Assembly: GCA_944349335.1 (NCBI GenBank)
Contig: CALVMW010000001.1
Span: 423,671-487,670, forward strand
Source: an uncultured Bacilli bacterium
GTDB lineage: Bacteria > Bacillota_I > Bacilli_A > RFN20 > CAG-288
Reading direction: 5' to 3'
DNA length: 64,000 nucleotides
Every line of letters starts with the position of its first letter. Position 1 is the stretch's first letter. The position numbers and the translations under genes were made by a program. Of the stretch, positions 36,243-45,975 are shown one piece after another. The notes beneath the pieces are model-generated. The model saw only the letters and a program-made list of their open reading frames with translations, ran no database searches and was not told the DNA's origin.

Positions 36243-37042
36243 TGTCACAGAAACTTACTGAACCTTTCAGTATTCTAGTTTTTGATACTGATGAAGAAAA
36301 TAAAGTCGAATTTATAAGCATTGGTACTCCTTTAGATTACGAATTTTATGGAGTTAGTTTTGAAGATTGTTTAGATGTAGGATCTTACTACAATACAGAT
36401 TATTCTTCTTTAGAAGAAATAAAAGAAAAAGAATATTTAGAATATCGTAATAATTTAGAAAGAACCAAAAAGGAACTTCTCGAAGAGGGATATTATGAAA
36501 AAACTCAAGATTTAGCTATCCTCTATCAAAATTATGCCAAAATTTATTTTGAAGAAAAAGAAAAGATGAAAGGTCATTATAAAAAGTTTTCTAAAAGTCA
36601 GACTGCAAAAAACTTCAATAATTTCTTTAAAGAACATCAAGGATTAAATGAAGGAAATAAATGTCGTCTAGACCAACGTTTTCAGTTAGGTTCTTATATT
36701 AAAAAAGAAATTTTAAATGGAAAAGAATGTTCCGTGATCAATTGCAAAGAAAATAAAATATTTACAAAAGAAGAATACATTAAAAGTGTTGAAGATTCTT
36801 GTTTTAATTGTCTTAAAGCTTATAAAGATAATTTAAATTATGGAAAATATATTATAAAAGAAGATTATGATGATCTAATAAAAAGAGTTAAAAAATTACT
36901 AAAACAACATAGACGAGTTGGCTTAATAGGTTATAACACTACGGGACATGTAAAAGAAATAAATAATCTCTCAATCGATAACTTTAAAATAATTGATTAT
37001 CTAAAAGTTAAACCACATTATATTTATTGGTTCACTAATTAA
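36242..37042 (+). CDS. Hypothetical cytoplasmic protein (266 aa) with CxxxxC/CxxC pairs, translationally coupled to the metalloprotease gene
   Basis: ATG overlaps the upstream stop (TAATG). CSVINC and CFNC motifs. No signal peptide. Confidence 0.45.
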   Translation: MSQKLTEPFSILVFDTDEENKVEFISIGTPLDYEFYGVSFEDCLDVGSYYNTDYSSLEEIKEKEYLEYRNNLERTKKELLEEGYYEKTQDLAILYQNYAKIYFEEKEKMKGHYKKFSKSQTAKNFNNFFKEHQGLNEGNKCRLDQRFQLGSYIKKEILNGKECSVINCKENKIFTKEEYIKSVEDSCFNCLKAYKDNLNYGKYIIKEDYDDLIKRVKKLLKQHRRVGLIGYNTTGHVKEINNLSIDNFKIIDYLKVKPHYIYWFTN

Positions 37043-37066
37043 ATTTATAAAATGATTTGCATTAAC

Positions 37067-37095
37067 AAAAAAACCGATAGTGATATCACTATCGG
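37067..37095 (-). terminator. Rho-independent terminator downstream of tRNA-Ala (minus strand)
   Basis: CCGATAGTGATATCACTATCGG palindrome with an A-run on the plus strand (T-run on the minus strand). Confidence 0.65.
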
Positions 37096-37109
37096 CAATA
37101 ATAACTAGA

Positions 37110-37185
37110 TGGTGGAGCTAATGGGGGTCGAACCCACGACCTCCTCCATGCCATGGAGGCGCTCTTCCAATTGAGCTATAGCCCC
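37110..37185 (-). tRNA. trnA: tRNA-Ala (anticodon GGC)
   Basis: The reverse complement folds as a cloverleaf with the Ala identity pair G3:U70, anticodon loop ATGGCAT, T loop TTCGACC and CCA. Confidence 0.85.
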
Positions 37186-37690
37186 AAAACGTTTAACGCG
37201 AAAATTATTATACGCTCTATAATAGTAATAGTCAATAATTTTATAAAATTTTCTTTTTATTACCTCTAAATCTAAATACATATATAAAATATGCTCAATT
37301 ACATTTAACCATTCACTATCATCATTTATATTTATTAATAATTATTCTTTTAGCTTAACTATACTTATATTTTCCTAAATAGACATAAAATAATATTAAA
37401 AGAGTAGATATAACATTAAAAACAATACTATTTTTATAGGTGCTTAAAAATATTCTTTTGTTTTTACAAGACATACAATAAAAACAAATTTATTCTTAAC
37501 AAAAATTTTCCTAATTATTTTTTAAAATGAATTTCATATTTATTTAAATCCTTTTAATTTAAAAATTATTAAATAGCAAAAAATAAAAATCATATTTATT
37601 TTTTTATTACTTACTATACAATATTAAACTTTGATTTTTCATATGTAAATAAATATAATACTATTAATAATAATTAACGGAGGATGAAAT

Positions 37691-37795
37691 TATGAAATCA
37701 TTCATTATTCTACCTCTCATCTTAACATCAGTAAACGCACTGAATTATCAGACTGACTCTCCTATCATTAGTTTTCATAAGGAGAATTACAGATG
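37691..37795 (+). CDS. Possible 34-codon upstream ORF / leader peptide overlapping the lipoprotein start (ATGA)
   Basis: Strong SD (GGAGGA) 8 nt upstream; hydrophobic MKSFIILPLILTSVNAL...; its stop overlaps the start of the 37793 gene. Confidence 0.25.
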
Positions 37796-38491
37796 AAATT
37801 AAAAAATATTTTATTATCTTGTTTGTTTTTACTAACTGGTTGTACTGAGAATCAATCCTCAATTCAAACTTGGAGTGGATATCCTAGATATCAAATAATC
37901 GATCCTATCTTTGTTAATCACACTTTTAAAGATAGTGATGATATGATGATAATTACAGCAAGAGATGGTCTCTCATCATGTGGTAATCTTCCTGAATTCA
38001 TCTATCCTAACAAAGATGAGCAAAAAACATTTTATAAAGAATTATTTGAATTAATTTATGATGCAAAATTTTATGTCACTTCTTGCGCAGCTGGTCCAGA
38101 ATTTGGATCAATCACGGTAAAATTTGATGATGAAGGCAATTCAGGTGGATGCTTTTACTTAGTTATGGAAGGAAAATATTACACTAATGTAACTGCTCCA
38201 GATGACTATATTAATGGATACGGAGAAGAATATGAAACATATCCTTGTATCATAATTAGTCAAGTTATACAAGAAGGTGCAGATAAGGAAGAACTTTTTT
38301 TCAATGTACCAAATGTGGAATATCCAGTACATATAGCTAAAGGATGGCATATGCTAAACTGTTATTTAGAGCCAAGTGATGGTCCTAAACTTCAAGCATT
38401 AATAGATAAAGTTAATACGTTTATAAATGAAGCAGAAGAAAGATATAATATACCGTATGATGAATATTCTACCTTCCTTAAAGAACATTAA
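37793..38491 (+). CDS. Lipoprotein (232 aa), unknown function
   Basis: Signal peptide plus lipobox LLTGCT. Confidence 0.6.
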   Translation: MKLKNILLSCLFLLTGCTENQSSIQTWSGYPRYQIIDPIFVNHTFKDSDDMMIITARDGLSSCGNLPEFIYPNKDEQKTFYKELFELIYDAKFYVTSCAAGPEFGSITVKFDDEGNSGGCFYLVMEGKYYTNVTAPDDYINGYGEEYETYPCIIISQVIQEGADKEELFFNVPNVEYPVHIAKGWHMLNCYLEPSDGPKLQALIDKVNTFINEAEERYNIPYDEYSTFLKEH

Positions 38492-38549
38492 ATTAAATGA
38501 TATCTAAAAATATCAAAATAAGATGATTTAATGAAAAATATTTTAAATA

Positions 38550-39239
38550 TTAAATAGTAAAAGATTTAGAAAGAACATCATTAGAGAATTCATCATCCAT
38601 AGCTGACTCTAATTCAATCTCTCCTTTTTTCTCTAATTCTCTTTTAAACACGACTGTAAGAACATCGATAGCTAAATTCTTTCTACCATCATTATTGACA
38701 ATAACATCTGCATAAGTTGAAGAAGGGGAAATAATCTCTTCAAACATAGGTTTAACAGTAGCAAAATATTGATTGACAATACTATCAAATGAACGTCCTC
38801 TCTCTTTACGATCACGAACAATTCTTCTTAAAAAACGGCGTTCATGAGAGGCAAAAATAAAAACTTTTAAGTCACCCATATCACGTAATTTTCTATCAAC
38901 TAAAGCCATAATGCCTTCCACAACTATCAATTCTTTAGGTTCGATTATTTGAAATTGATCGCTGCGATTATGAACTGTAAAATCATAAATCGGTTTTTTA
39001 ATAGTTTTACCTTCTTTTAAGCTTTTAATCTGCTCTCTTATTAACACCCAGTCGAATGCTTTAGGATGATCATAATTTACTTTGCAACGTTCTTCAAAAG
39101 TTAAATTACTTAAATCTTTATAATAATCATCTAAAGAAATATGTGTGACTTTATCTTCTCCGATATTTTTAATAACATTTCTTGTAACATAAGTTTTACC
39201 AGAAGAAGAACCGCCACCTACTAAAATAATGCGTGCCAT
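38550..39239 (-). CDS. udk: Uridine kinase
   Basis: P-loop ILVGGGSSSGKTY and the conserved Udk core. Roughly 30-aa acidic C-terminal extension. Start taken at MARIIL. Confidence 0.75.
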   Translation of the reverse strand: MARIILVGGGSSSGKTYVTRNVIKNIGEDKVTHISLDDYYKDLSNLTFEERCKVNYDHPKAFDWVLIREQIKSLKEGKTIKKPIYDFTVHNRSDQFQIIEPKELIVVEGIMALVDRKLRDMGDLKVFIFASHERRFLRRIVRDRKERGRSFDSIVNQYFATVKPMFEEIISPSSTYADVIVNNDGRKNLAIDVLTVVFKRELEKKGEIELESAMDDEFSNDVLSKSFTI

Positions 39240-39397
39240 TTTTAAGACCCTCATTGTATAATTTACCAAAAATCCATTCTAAATAATATGTTTATTTTTT
39301 ATAGTATCCGCTTTCAGCTTATTTAATTATTATTTATACATATAATATTGTTTTTAGTAGAATATTAAGTGCTTGTCTACCATAGAAAGGAGAATAA

Positions 39398-40285
39398 ATG
39401 GCAAATTATATTTTATCAGCTTGTACTACCGCTGACTTATCTAACCAAAAATTTCATGATAGAAATATCTCATATCTTTGCTACCATTATGTCTTAGGTG
39501 ATAAAGAATATGTTGACGATTTAGGATCTACTATCTCAATGCATGAATTTTATCAAAAGATGGAAGAAGGGATCGATGCTAAAACAAGTCAAGTAAGTGT
39601 CGGACAATACTACGATTACTTCAAAAAATATTTAGACAACGGAAATGATATTTTTCATGTAGTTTTCTCTTCAGGTTTATCTGGTTCTTACAACTCAGCT
39701 ATTCAAGCTGTAGAAATGTTAAAAGAAGAATATCCTGAAAGAAAAATCTACGTAGTTGACTCTTTAGCTGCTTCTTCAGGTTATGGCTTATTAATGGATA
39801 AATTAGCCGATCTTCGTGATGAAGGTAAAACAATTGAAGAACTTAACGAATTCGTTTTAAATAATCGCCTAAGAGTCAATCATTGGGTTTATTCAACCAC
39901 TTTAAAATACTATGTTAAGGGTGGTCGTGTTTCTAAAACTGCTGGCTTTGTTGGCAATATTATTGGAATCTGTCCTATCATTTATGTCAATAAAGAAGGA
40001 AAATTAATTCCTGTTGAAAAAACTTTAGGTACTAAAAAAGCCGAGACAAATCTTTTAAATAAGATGATCAACTTAGCTGACTCTGGTCTAGACTACGCCG
40101 ATAAATGTTTTATCTCACACTCTGATGTTTTATCACAAGCTACAAGTCTTGCAAAGAGGATTGAAGAAACATTCCCTCACCTCAAAGGAAAAGTAGAAAT
40201 TTATGATATCGGTACAACGATCGGCTCTCATACTGGTCCTGGTACAATAGCTCTCTTCTTCTGGGGAAAGGAAAGAGAAAAATAA
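39398..40285 (+). CDS. DegV-family fatty-acid-binding protein
   Basis: ILSACTTADLS N-terminus typical of DegV/EDD-fold proteins; about 295 aa. Confidence 0.75.
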   Translation: MANYILSACTTADLSNQKFHDRNISYLCYHYVLGDKEYVDDLGSTISMHEFYQKMEEGIDAKTSQVSVGQYYDYFKKYLDNGNDIFHVVFSSGLSGSYNSAIQAVEMLKEEYPERKIYVVDSLAASSGYGLLMDKLADLRDEGKTIEELNEFVLNNRLRVNHWVYSTTLKYYVKGGRVSKTAGFVGNIIGICPIIYVNKEGKLIPVEKTLGTKKAETNLLNKMINLADSGLDYADKCFISHSDVLSQATSLAKRIEETFPHLKGKVEIYDIGTTIGSHTGPGTIALFFWGKEREK

Positions 40286-40286
40286 A

Positions 40287-40310
40287 AGAGGCAATTAAGC
40301 CTCTTTTTTA
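40287..40310. terminator. Bidirectional terminator between degV and the convergent lipoprotein gene
   Basis: AGAGGC-AATTAA-GCCTCT plus T-run; A-run upstream. Confidence 0.65.
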
Positions 40311-40314
40311 ATAT

Positions 40315-42159
40315 TTAGAAGAAATCAGAATATGAAGTTTCAACATAGGGAGTCGGATTATAATCTTCTTTAGAAGAAATTGTACCTCCACCTGTAATAT
40401 TACCAAACATTTCACCCCAACCACCACGATAATTTAAATACTCTTGGAAGTCATTATAATGGTTATATGTATAAAACACATGCATTTCATTAGGATCAGT
40501 AATCTTTTCTCCATAACGATAGATAGAAGCGACAATTCTTGCTGCTCCTCTAGTGATCTTATTTCCATCATTATATATAACTGCTTCATAAGAAGGATCA
40601 CAATCTGTTCCTGTTGTTCCGATATCTAATTCATAATAATCAGTATTACCATTGATACCTGAAATATCTGGAAGCTCTGGTTCATAAGGATAACGATCAG
40701 TATCTCCGCTAAAATATGAAAAGTTAAGACGGAGATATTCTCCCCATTCACTATTCTGCGGCCTTGCGTTCTTTTCTTCAATCTGATTAGCAGGTATATC
40801 ACCAAAAGCATAAAGATAAGCTGCAACATCTTCTAAAGATGTATAAGCACCACCTTTATAAATTAAGTCTACAGGTGTTCCATAAGCATCGACAATTAGA
40901 TATGTGTTACCACTATCTAAATAGCGATAAGCGGTGTTACGAATAAATTTATCTCCATCCTTAGGTTGATAAGTAGAAATTGAAGGCTCTTGATCTTGTA
41001 GTGAAATATCACCAGACATTAAATTGTGGCGGGATCTATAAATAGCATCAATATAGGAAGTAGCTTCATGATAATCTGCATAAAATTCTTCTTTATCAAC
41101 ATCAATATAAGGATCATCACTATCAAATAAAATATCAATAGTAACTTCGTTACTCATAACTCCTGAAATAGAACCGCGAATAGTAACTTTACCTGAATTA
41201 AGAGGAATGATTTCATCTTTTACTATCTTAACTAATTCCTCACCTTCAATAACCTCATAAGAGATATTTTTGGCGGCTGTCTCTGGATAAGACTTAAACT
41301 CAATCTTTGTTTTATATTTAGAATAAATATATGTTTTATCTAAAAAAAGATTGACCTTTTCTGGTGTTTCTCCTGGTTCATAAACTGAAAAAGATATTGG
41401 ATCACTAACATAATCCCTAACTTTAGCGACTACTTGAATATCCTCTTCTCCACTTTCTTTAATTCCTTTTAAAGTATTATTAGTTATTTCAATATATTCT
41501 TCACCCGAGATAATTTCATATGATACAAAATCATTCAAAATCGAAGGATAAACTACTGCATTTAAAGTGGTTTCCTCTCCGATATTTAAATAATATTTAT
41601 CAGCAGAAAAATCTATACCTTCAATCACTAAAGAAGAATCAATAACTGTAATATTAAGAATATTCGATTTTATTTCACCTTTTTGTGCATAAATTGAAGC
41701 TAATCCTGTCTTTAAGCCGGTAACAACATTATCTTCTATTGAAATAACATCTTCACCACTTAAAATCTTTAATTCAGCTTCCTGATTTATATCGATAGTT
41801 ATCTTTTCACCAACATCAATATCAGTTTTATCAGCTTCGATGACAAGAGGTAAATTTTCTTCTACAGTAATAGCGATAGTATCAGTATAATCTTCTAGTT
41901 TCGCTGTTACATAAGTTGAACCAACATCCATAGCTGTCACTAAACCTGTATCTGTAACTTCAACAATTGAAGTATCAGCGCTTGAAAACTCTACAAAGCC
42001 CTCAATATTTTGATAAGAGATAAGTAACTGCAAAGTATCCCCTACATAAAGAGAATATTCATCACCATTAGTAATACTGATACCTCTATTTTCTTGGCAA
42101 GAAGTTAAAGAAAACATCAGAGAAGATAGCAGTAAAGGAGCAACAAAATTTTTTTTCAT
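40315..42159 (-). CDS. Surface lipoprotein (614 aa) with Big_2 Ig-like domains
   Basis: Lipobox LTSCQ; DTSIVEVTDTGLVTAMDVGSTYVTAKL Big_2 signature; unknown C-terminal domain. Confidence 0.65.
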   Translation of the reverse strand: MKKNFVAPLLLSSLMFSLTSCQENRGISITNGDEYSLYVGDTLQLLISYQNIEGFVEFSSADTSIVEVTDTGLVTAMDVGSTYVTAKLEDYTDTIAITVEENLPLVIEADKTDIDVGEKITIDINQEAELKILSGEDVISIEDNVVTGLKTGLASIYAQKGEIKSNILNITVIDSSLVIEGIDFSADKYYLNIGEETTLNAVVYPSILNDFVSYEIISGEEYIEITNNTLKGIKESGEEDIQVVAKVRDYVSDPISFSVYEPGETPEKVNLFLDKTYIYSKYKTKIEFKSYPETAAKNISYEVIEGEELVKIVKDEIIPLNSGKVTIRGSISGVMSNEVTIDILFDSDDPYIDVDKEEFYADYHEATSYIDAIYRSRHNLMSGDISLQDQEPSISTYQPKDGDKFIRNTAYRYLDSGNTYLIVDAYGTPVDLIYKGGAYTSLEDVAAYLYAFGDIPANQIEEKNARPQNSEWGEYLRLNFSYFSGDTDRYPYEPELPDISGINGNTDYYELDIGTTGTDCDPSYEAVIYNDGNKITRGAARIVASIYRYGEKITDPNEMHVFYTYNHYNDFQEYLNYRGGWGEMFGNITGGGTISSKEDYNPTPYVETSYSDFF

Positions 42160-42255
42160 ATCATCTCCCTCTTTTCTTAATTATTATAACAAATAAAAAT
42201 TTCTAAAAAAAACATTGAAAACTAAGTATAGCTCAAGTATAATTATCGTTGCTAT

Positions 42256-42331
42256 GCCAACTTAGCTCAGCAGGTAGAGCAACTGATTTGTAATCAGTAG
42301 GTCACTGGTTCGATTCCGGTAGTTGGCACCA
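42256..42331 (+). tRNA. trnT: tRNA-Thr (anticodon TGT)
   Basis: GCCAACT...AGTTGGC acceptor, anticodon stem ACTGA/TCAGT with loop TTTGTAA, T loop TTCGATT, CCA. Confidence 0.85.
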
Positions 42332-42560
42332 CTTATATATTATTTTCTTCAATTCTCCTTTAGTAAAAGGAGTTTTTTATTTGTTCTAATTATTCTTTAT
42401 TTAAAAAAATATATATAATATAGATCTTACATAATTACAACTTATTTCACTTAGATTAATCGAGGAGATTTTGATTTATAAACTCATTTATATTTAATTT
42501 CATCTTATTTTATTAAAATAAAATTGTTATAGAGACTACTGCCTCTATAACAATAAATCA

Positions 42561-43556
42561 TCACTTAAGGTGTTGCTTTAAAAATGATTCGATTTTATCA
42601 AAGGGAATATAATTATTTTTCCCTCCATCATAAAGATCAGTATGGACCGCTCCATGAATAAGAAGAAGTTCTTTATTATCTTTATAAGGATTATCTTTTA
42701 ACATATTAGCATATGCATCTTTACTAAAATAGCAAGAGTGAGCTTTATCTCCATGTATCATCAAAACAGCACTCCTTATTTCATTAGAATAGCTAAGAAT
42801 AGGTTGATTCATAAATGACATACATCCGATAGTTGCCCAACCACCATTCGAATTTAAAGAACGGGGATGATAACCGCGCTTAGTCTTATAATAATCATAA
42901 TAATCAGCTACAAAATAAGGAGCATCTTTAGGAAGAGGATCAACAACTCCACCTGCTAACATATATGTTCCAGCTTTATAATCAATACTTCTTTGTTTAT
43001 TTAAATTAACTTTTTTATTGTAACGAGCAGCTTCTGAGTCTTCTAAATCAAAATAACCTTTAGCATTTACTCTAGCCATATCATACATCGTCGAAGTTAT
43101 TGTCACTTTAATTCGTGTATCAATAGAAGCCGCATTTAATGCTAGTCCTCCCCATCCACAGATACCGATAATACCGATCTTCTCACTATCTACCTCATCT
43201 GAAATTGAAAGATAGTCAACAGCAGCTTGGAAATCTTCAGTATTAATATCAGGAGAAGCCATATAACGAGGATAGCCACCACTTTCACCTGTGTAAGATG
43301 GATCAAAAGCAATAGTTAAAAATCCTCTTTCTGCTAATGTCATGGCATAATATCCAGAGGCTTGTTCTTTAACTGCCCCAAAAGGTCCAGCTACAGCAAG
43401 AGCAGGAAGCTTATTATTACTACCTTTAGGCTTATATAAGTCAGCTACTAAAGTGATGCCATATCTATTATGAAAAGTAATCTTTCTATGCTCTACTTTA
43501 TCACTGAGCGAAAAAATTTTATCCCACTCCTGTGTAATTTTTATTTCTTTTATCAC
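42561..43556 (-). CDS. Alpha/beta-hydrolase fold protein (dienelactone hydrolase / peptidase S9-S15-like)
   Basis: About 331 aa; nucleophile-elbow-like GICGWGG; alpha/beta-hydrolase layout. Confidence 0.5.
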   Translation of the reverse strand: MIKEIKITQEWDKIFSLSDKVEHRKITFHNRYGITLVADLYKPKGSNNKLPALAVAGPFGAVKEQASGYYAMTLAERGFLTIAFDPSYTGESGGYPRYMASPDINTEDFQAAVDYLSISDEVDSEKIGIIGICGWGGLALNAASIDTRIKVTITSTMYDMARVNAKGYFDLEDSEAARYNKKVNLNKQRSIDYKAGTYMLAGGVVDPLPKDAPYFVADYYDYYKTKRGYHPRSLNSNGGWATIGCMSFMNQPILSYSNEIRSAVLMIHGDKAHSCYFSKDAYANMLKDNPYKDNKELLLIHGAVHTDLYDGGKNNYIPFDKIESFLKQHLK

Positions 43557-43557
43557 T

Positions 43558-44016
43558 TTATATCTCCTTTTTAAAGCTATCTAAATCTACTCCAAAATTA
43601 CAGAGATGAGAAGAAATAAAATTTAATTGAGGATATGTCTTTTTAAGATGTGATAATGATAAAGGACTTCCACCACTTGTAGCAAAAACGATAATCTTTT
43701 TTCCTCTTAAATCATTCTCATCAATATAAGTATCAACTACGCGAGGTTCAACACCCCACCAAATAGGAAAACCAATTAAAATAGTTTCATAATTCTTAAC
43801 ATCATATTTTGTTTTTTGAATCTTAGGTCTACTAGACTCATCTTGCATTTCTAAAGTTGAACGAGAATTTCTATCACGCCAATTTAAATCAGCTGATGAA
43901 TATAAAGGAACTGGAGTAATTTCTTCAATATCTGCTTGTAAACCCTCAGCTAAAGCAAGAGCGACAGCTTTTGTCTCTCCGCTAGCAGAAAAATAAACAA
44001 CTAAAGTTTTATTCAT
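43558..44016 (-). CDS. Flavodoxin-like protein
   Basis: TLVVYFSASGETKAVA flavodoxin FMN-binding N-terminus; 152 aa. Confidence 0.7.
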   Translation of the reverse strand: MNKTLVVYFSASGETKAVALALAEGLQADIEEITPVPLYSSADLNWRDRNSRSTLEMQDESSRPKIQKTKYDVKNYETILIGFPIWWGVEPRVVDTYIDENDLRGKKIIVFATSGGSPLSLSHLKKTYPQLNFISSHLCNFGVDLDSFKKEI

Positions 44017-45176
44017 TAATATGCCTCTTTCAAAATCCCATAAATTTCTTCGTGAGTAACTTTCTTATATCCACCACCTTCAACTGTAGAATATGCAATA
44101 TCTTTTAACATCTCTTCTGTTGCCCCTAATTCTCTAATGTGCAAAACCATATGAGAATCCTCTATAAACTTTCTTAAAGCTTCAATACCTTCTAAAGCAA
44201 TTTCATCATCAGTTTTACCTTGAGGATCAACATTAAATATATTCTCAGCAAAGCGAACAAATTTCTTTAAACCATATTTGTAAATATGTTTATAATAAGG
44301 GACAGAAATAGCAGCTAAGCCCATACCATGTGCACAATCTGTATATGCTCCTAACTGATGCTCGATATTATGAACTTCCCAGTCTTGAGTTTTTCCTTTT
44401 CCTACTAAAGTATTTAAAGCTAAAGAAGCAACCCACATAATATTACTTCTAGCTTCATAATTTTCTCTGTCTACAATCGCTACTTTTAAAGAAGTGATAA
44501 GGCTCTTCATTAATGCTTCGATAAGATAATCAGAAACATTATCATCTTCCCCAGAGAAATACTGTTCCATAAGGTGGGACAATACATCAAAGGCTCCTGA
44601 ACACATCTGATATTCACTGACTGAATAAGTATATTCAGGATTTAAAATGGAAAACTTAGGATAAACATGAGGAGGGAAAACTCTACCCATTTTAATCTTT
44701 CTATCTTCATCAGTAATAACACTACCACCATTAAATTCACTACCAGTTCCAACCATGGTTAAAATAGAACCGACGGGAATATTATTTGTAGTAACATCTT
44801 TTTGTTTTAACCAAAGTTCTTTAAATGGATCTTCAAGTCCAATAGAGACGCTCATTCCTTTAGCGCAGTCAATAACTGAACCACCTCCAACTGCTAAAAT
44901 AAGATCGATATGATGAGTCTCTATCATCTTTACTCCTCTCATCATATCTTTAAGCTTAGGATTAGGAGTAATATTAGGACATTCAAAAATATTTTTGTTG
45001 CATTCTTTTAAAATAGCGATGACCTTGTCGTAAAGACCGATCTTTTTTATTGATCCTCCACCATAAACTAATAAAACATTAGAACCATAATTTTTTAATT
45101 CGCTAGAAAGATAATTTAAACTATCTTTTCCAAAATGAATTCTTGTCGGATTGTAATAAGTAAAATCGTACTGCAT
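44016..45176 (-). CDS. Iron-containing (group III) alcohol dehydrogenase
   Basis: GGGSVIDCAKG and the conserved His cluster of Fe-ADH; 386 aa. Confidence 0.75.
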   Translation of the reverse strand: MQYDFTYYNPTRIHFGKDSLNYLSSELKNYGSNVLLVYGGGSIKKIGLYDKVIAILKECNKNIFECPNITPNPKLKDMMRGVKMIETHHIDLILAVGGGSVIDCAKGMSVSIGLEDPFKELWLKQKDVTTNNIPVGSILTMVGTGSEFNGGSVITDEDRKIKMGRVFPPHVYPKFSILNPEYTYSVSEYQMCSGAFDVLSHLMEQYFSGEDDNVSDYLIEALMKSLITSLKVAIVDRENYEARSNIMWVASLALNTLVGKGKTQDWEVHNIEHQLGAYTDCAHGMGLAAISVPYYKHIYKYGLKKFVRFAENIFNVDPQGKTDDEIALEGIEALRKFIEDSHMVLHIRELGATEEMLKDIAYSTVEGGGYKKVTHEEIYGILKEAY

Positions 45177-45178
45177 CT

Positions 45179-45871
45179 TTATCTCCTTTCTTTTGTATAA
45201 ATAAGTTGAACAGTATCACCTTCTAAAATTTTTACTTTATCAATATGATAATATTTAGGGAAACCATTAATATCTTCATTACCAACAAATGTTAATTCTT
45301 TTCTTCCACCCTGAACACCAGGACAAATAATTAAACTGATCTCATCAATCAAATCTTCTTTCATGAATACTGAATTAATTTTAGGTCCACCGCAAAGCAT
45401 AAATGTACTTATGCCTAAAGAAGATAATTTTTCTAAGAAAAGCTTTAAATCAAAATCATCTTTTCCACAGAAAATATAAGAGATATTTTTACTATCTAAA
45501 TAAGAAATAAATCTCCTATCAACACTTTCAGTTAAGACAGAGACAAAACGACTCTTTCTCTCTGCATAATCGTTATACTCATTCTTAAAGAAGAGTTTAC
45601 CCCTTCTATCAAAAGCAAAACAGTAAATATCATCCCTTACTACGTGATCTACTAATTCACCTTCTTTGGGAAGATAAGAATCTAATTTTATATTCTTATC
45701 TGAGAGATATTCAAAAGTATCTCTTCCACATCCCCATGCTTTTACACTATCAAAAGTAAAATTATCATAAATGATGCCAGCTTCTAAGCTATCAGGATAG
45801 CCTTGAAGTTCTGTTTGAATCTTACCATCGATAGTCACATACATATGACAAATAACCTTAACTTTATCCAT
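45179..45871 (-). CDS. RibD C-terminal-domain (dihydrofolate-reductase-like) reductase
   Basis: ICHMYVTIDGKI N-terminus typical of RibD_C / bacterial DHFR-like proteins; 230 aa. Confidence 0.6.
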   Translation of the reverse strand: MDKVKVICHMYVTIDGKIQTELQGYPDSLEAGIIYDNFTFDSVKAWGCGRDTFEYLSDKNIKLDSYLPKEGELVDHVVRDDIYCFAFDRRGKLFFKNEYNDYAERKSRFVSVLTESVDRRFISYLDSKNISYIFCGKDDFDLKLFLEKLSSLGISTFMLCGGPKINSVFMKEDLIDEISLIICPGVQGGRKELTFVGNEDINGFPKYYHIDKVKILEGDTVQLIYTKERR

Positions 45872-45890
45872 AATCCCTCCTTAGTTTTTG

Positions 45891-45921
45891 ATTATAAAAC
45901 CTAAACCTAACTTTAGGTCAA
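45891..45921 (-). promoter_or_regulatory. MerR-type promoter (TTGACC, 19-nt spacer, TATAAT) with dyad ACCTAACTTTAGGT in the spacer
   Basis: Minus strand: TTGACC (plus-strand complement GGTCAA at 45916-45921), a 19-nt spacer (45897-45915) containing the 6-2-6 inverted repeat at 45905-45918, TATAAT (45891-45896). Directly upstream of the 45871 operon and divergent from the MerR gene. Confidence 0.55.
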
Positions 45922-45975
45922 GATTTTCTTGAATAAATTTTTCTTTTGCTTTATTATGACTAAAAGAGGTGAATT

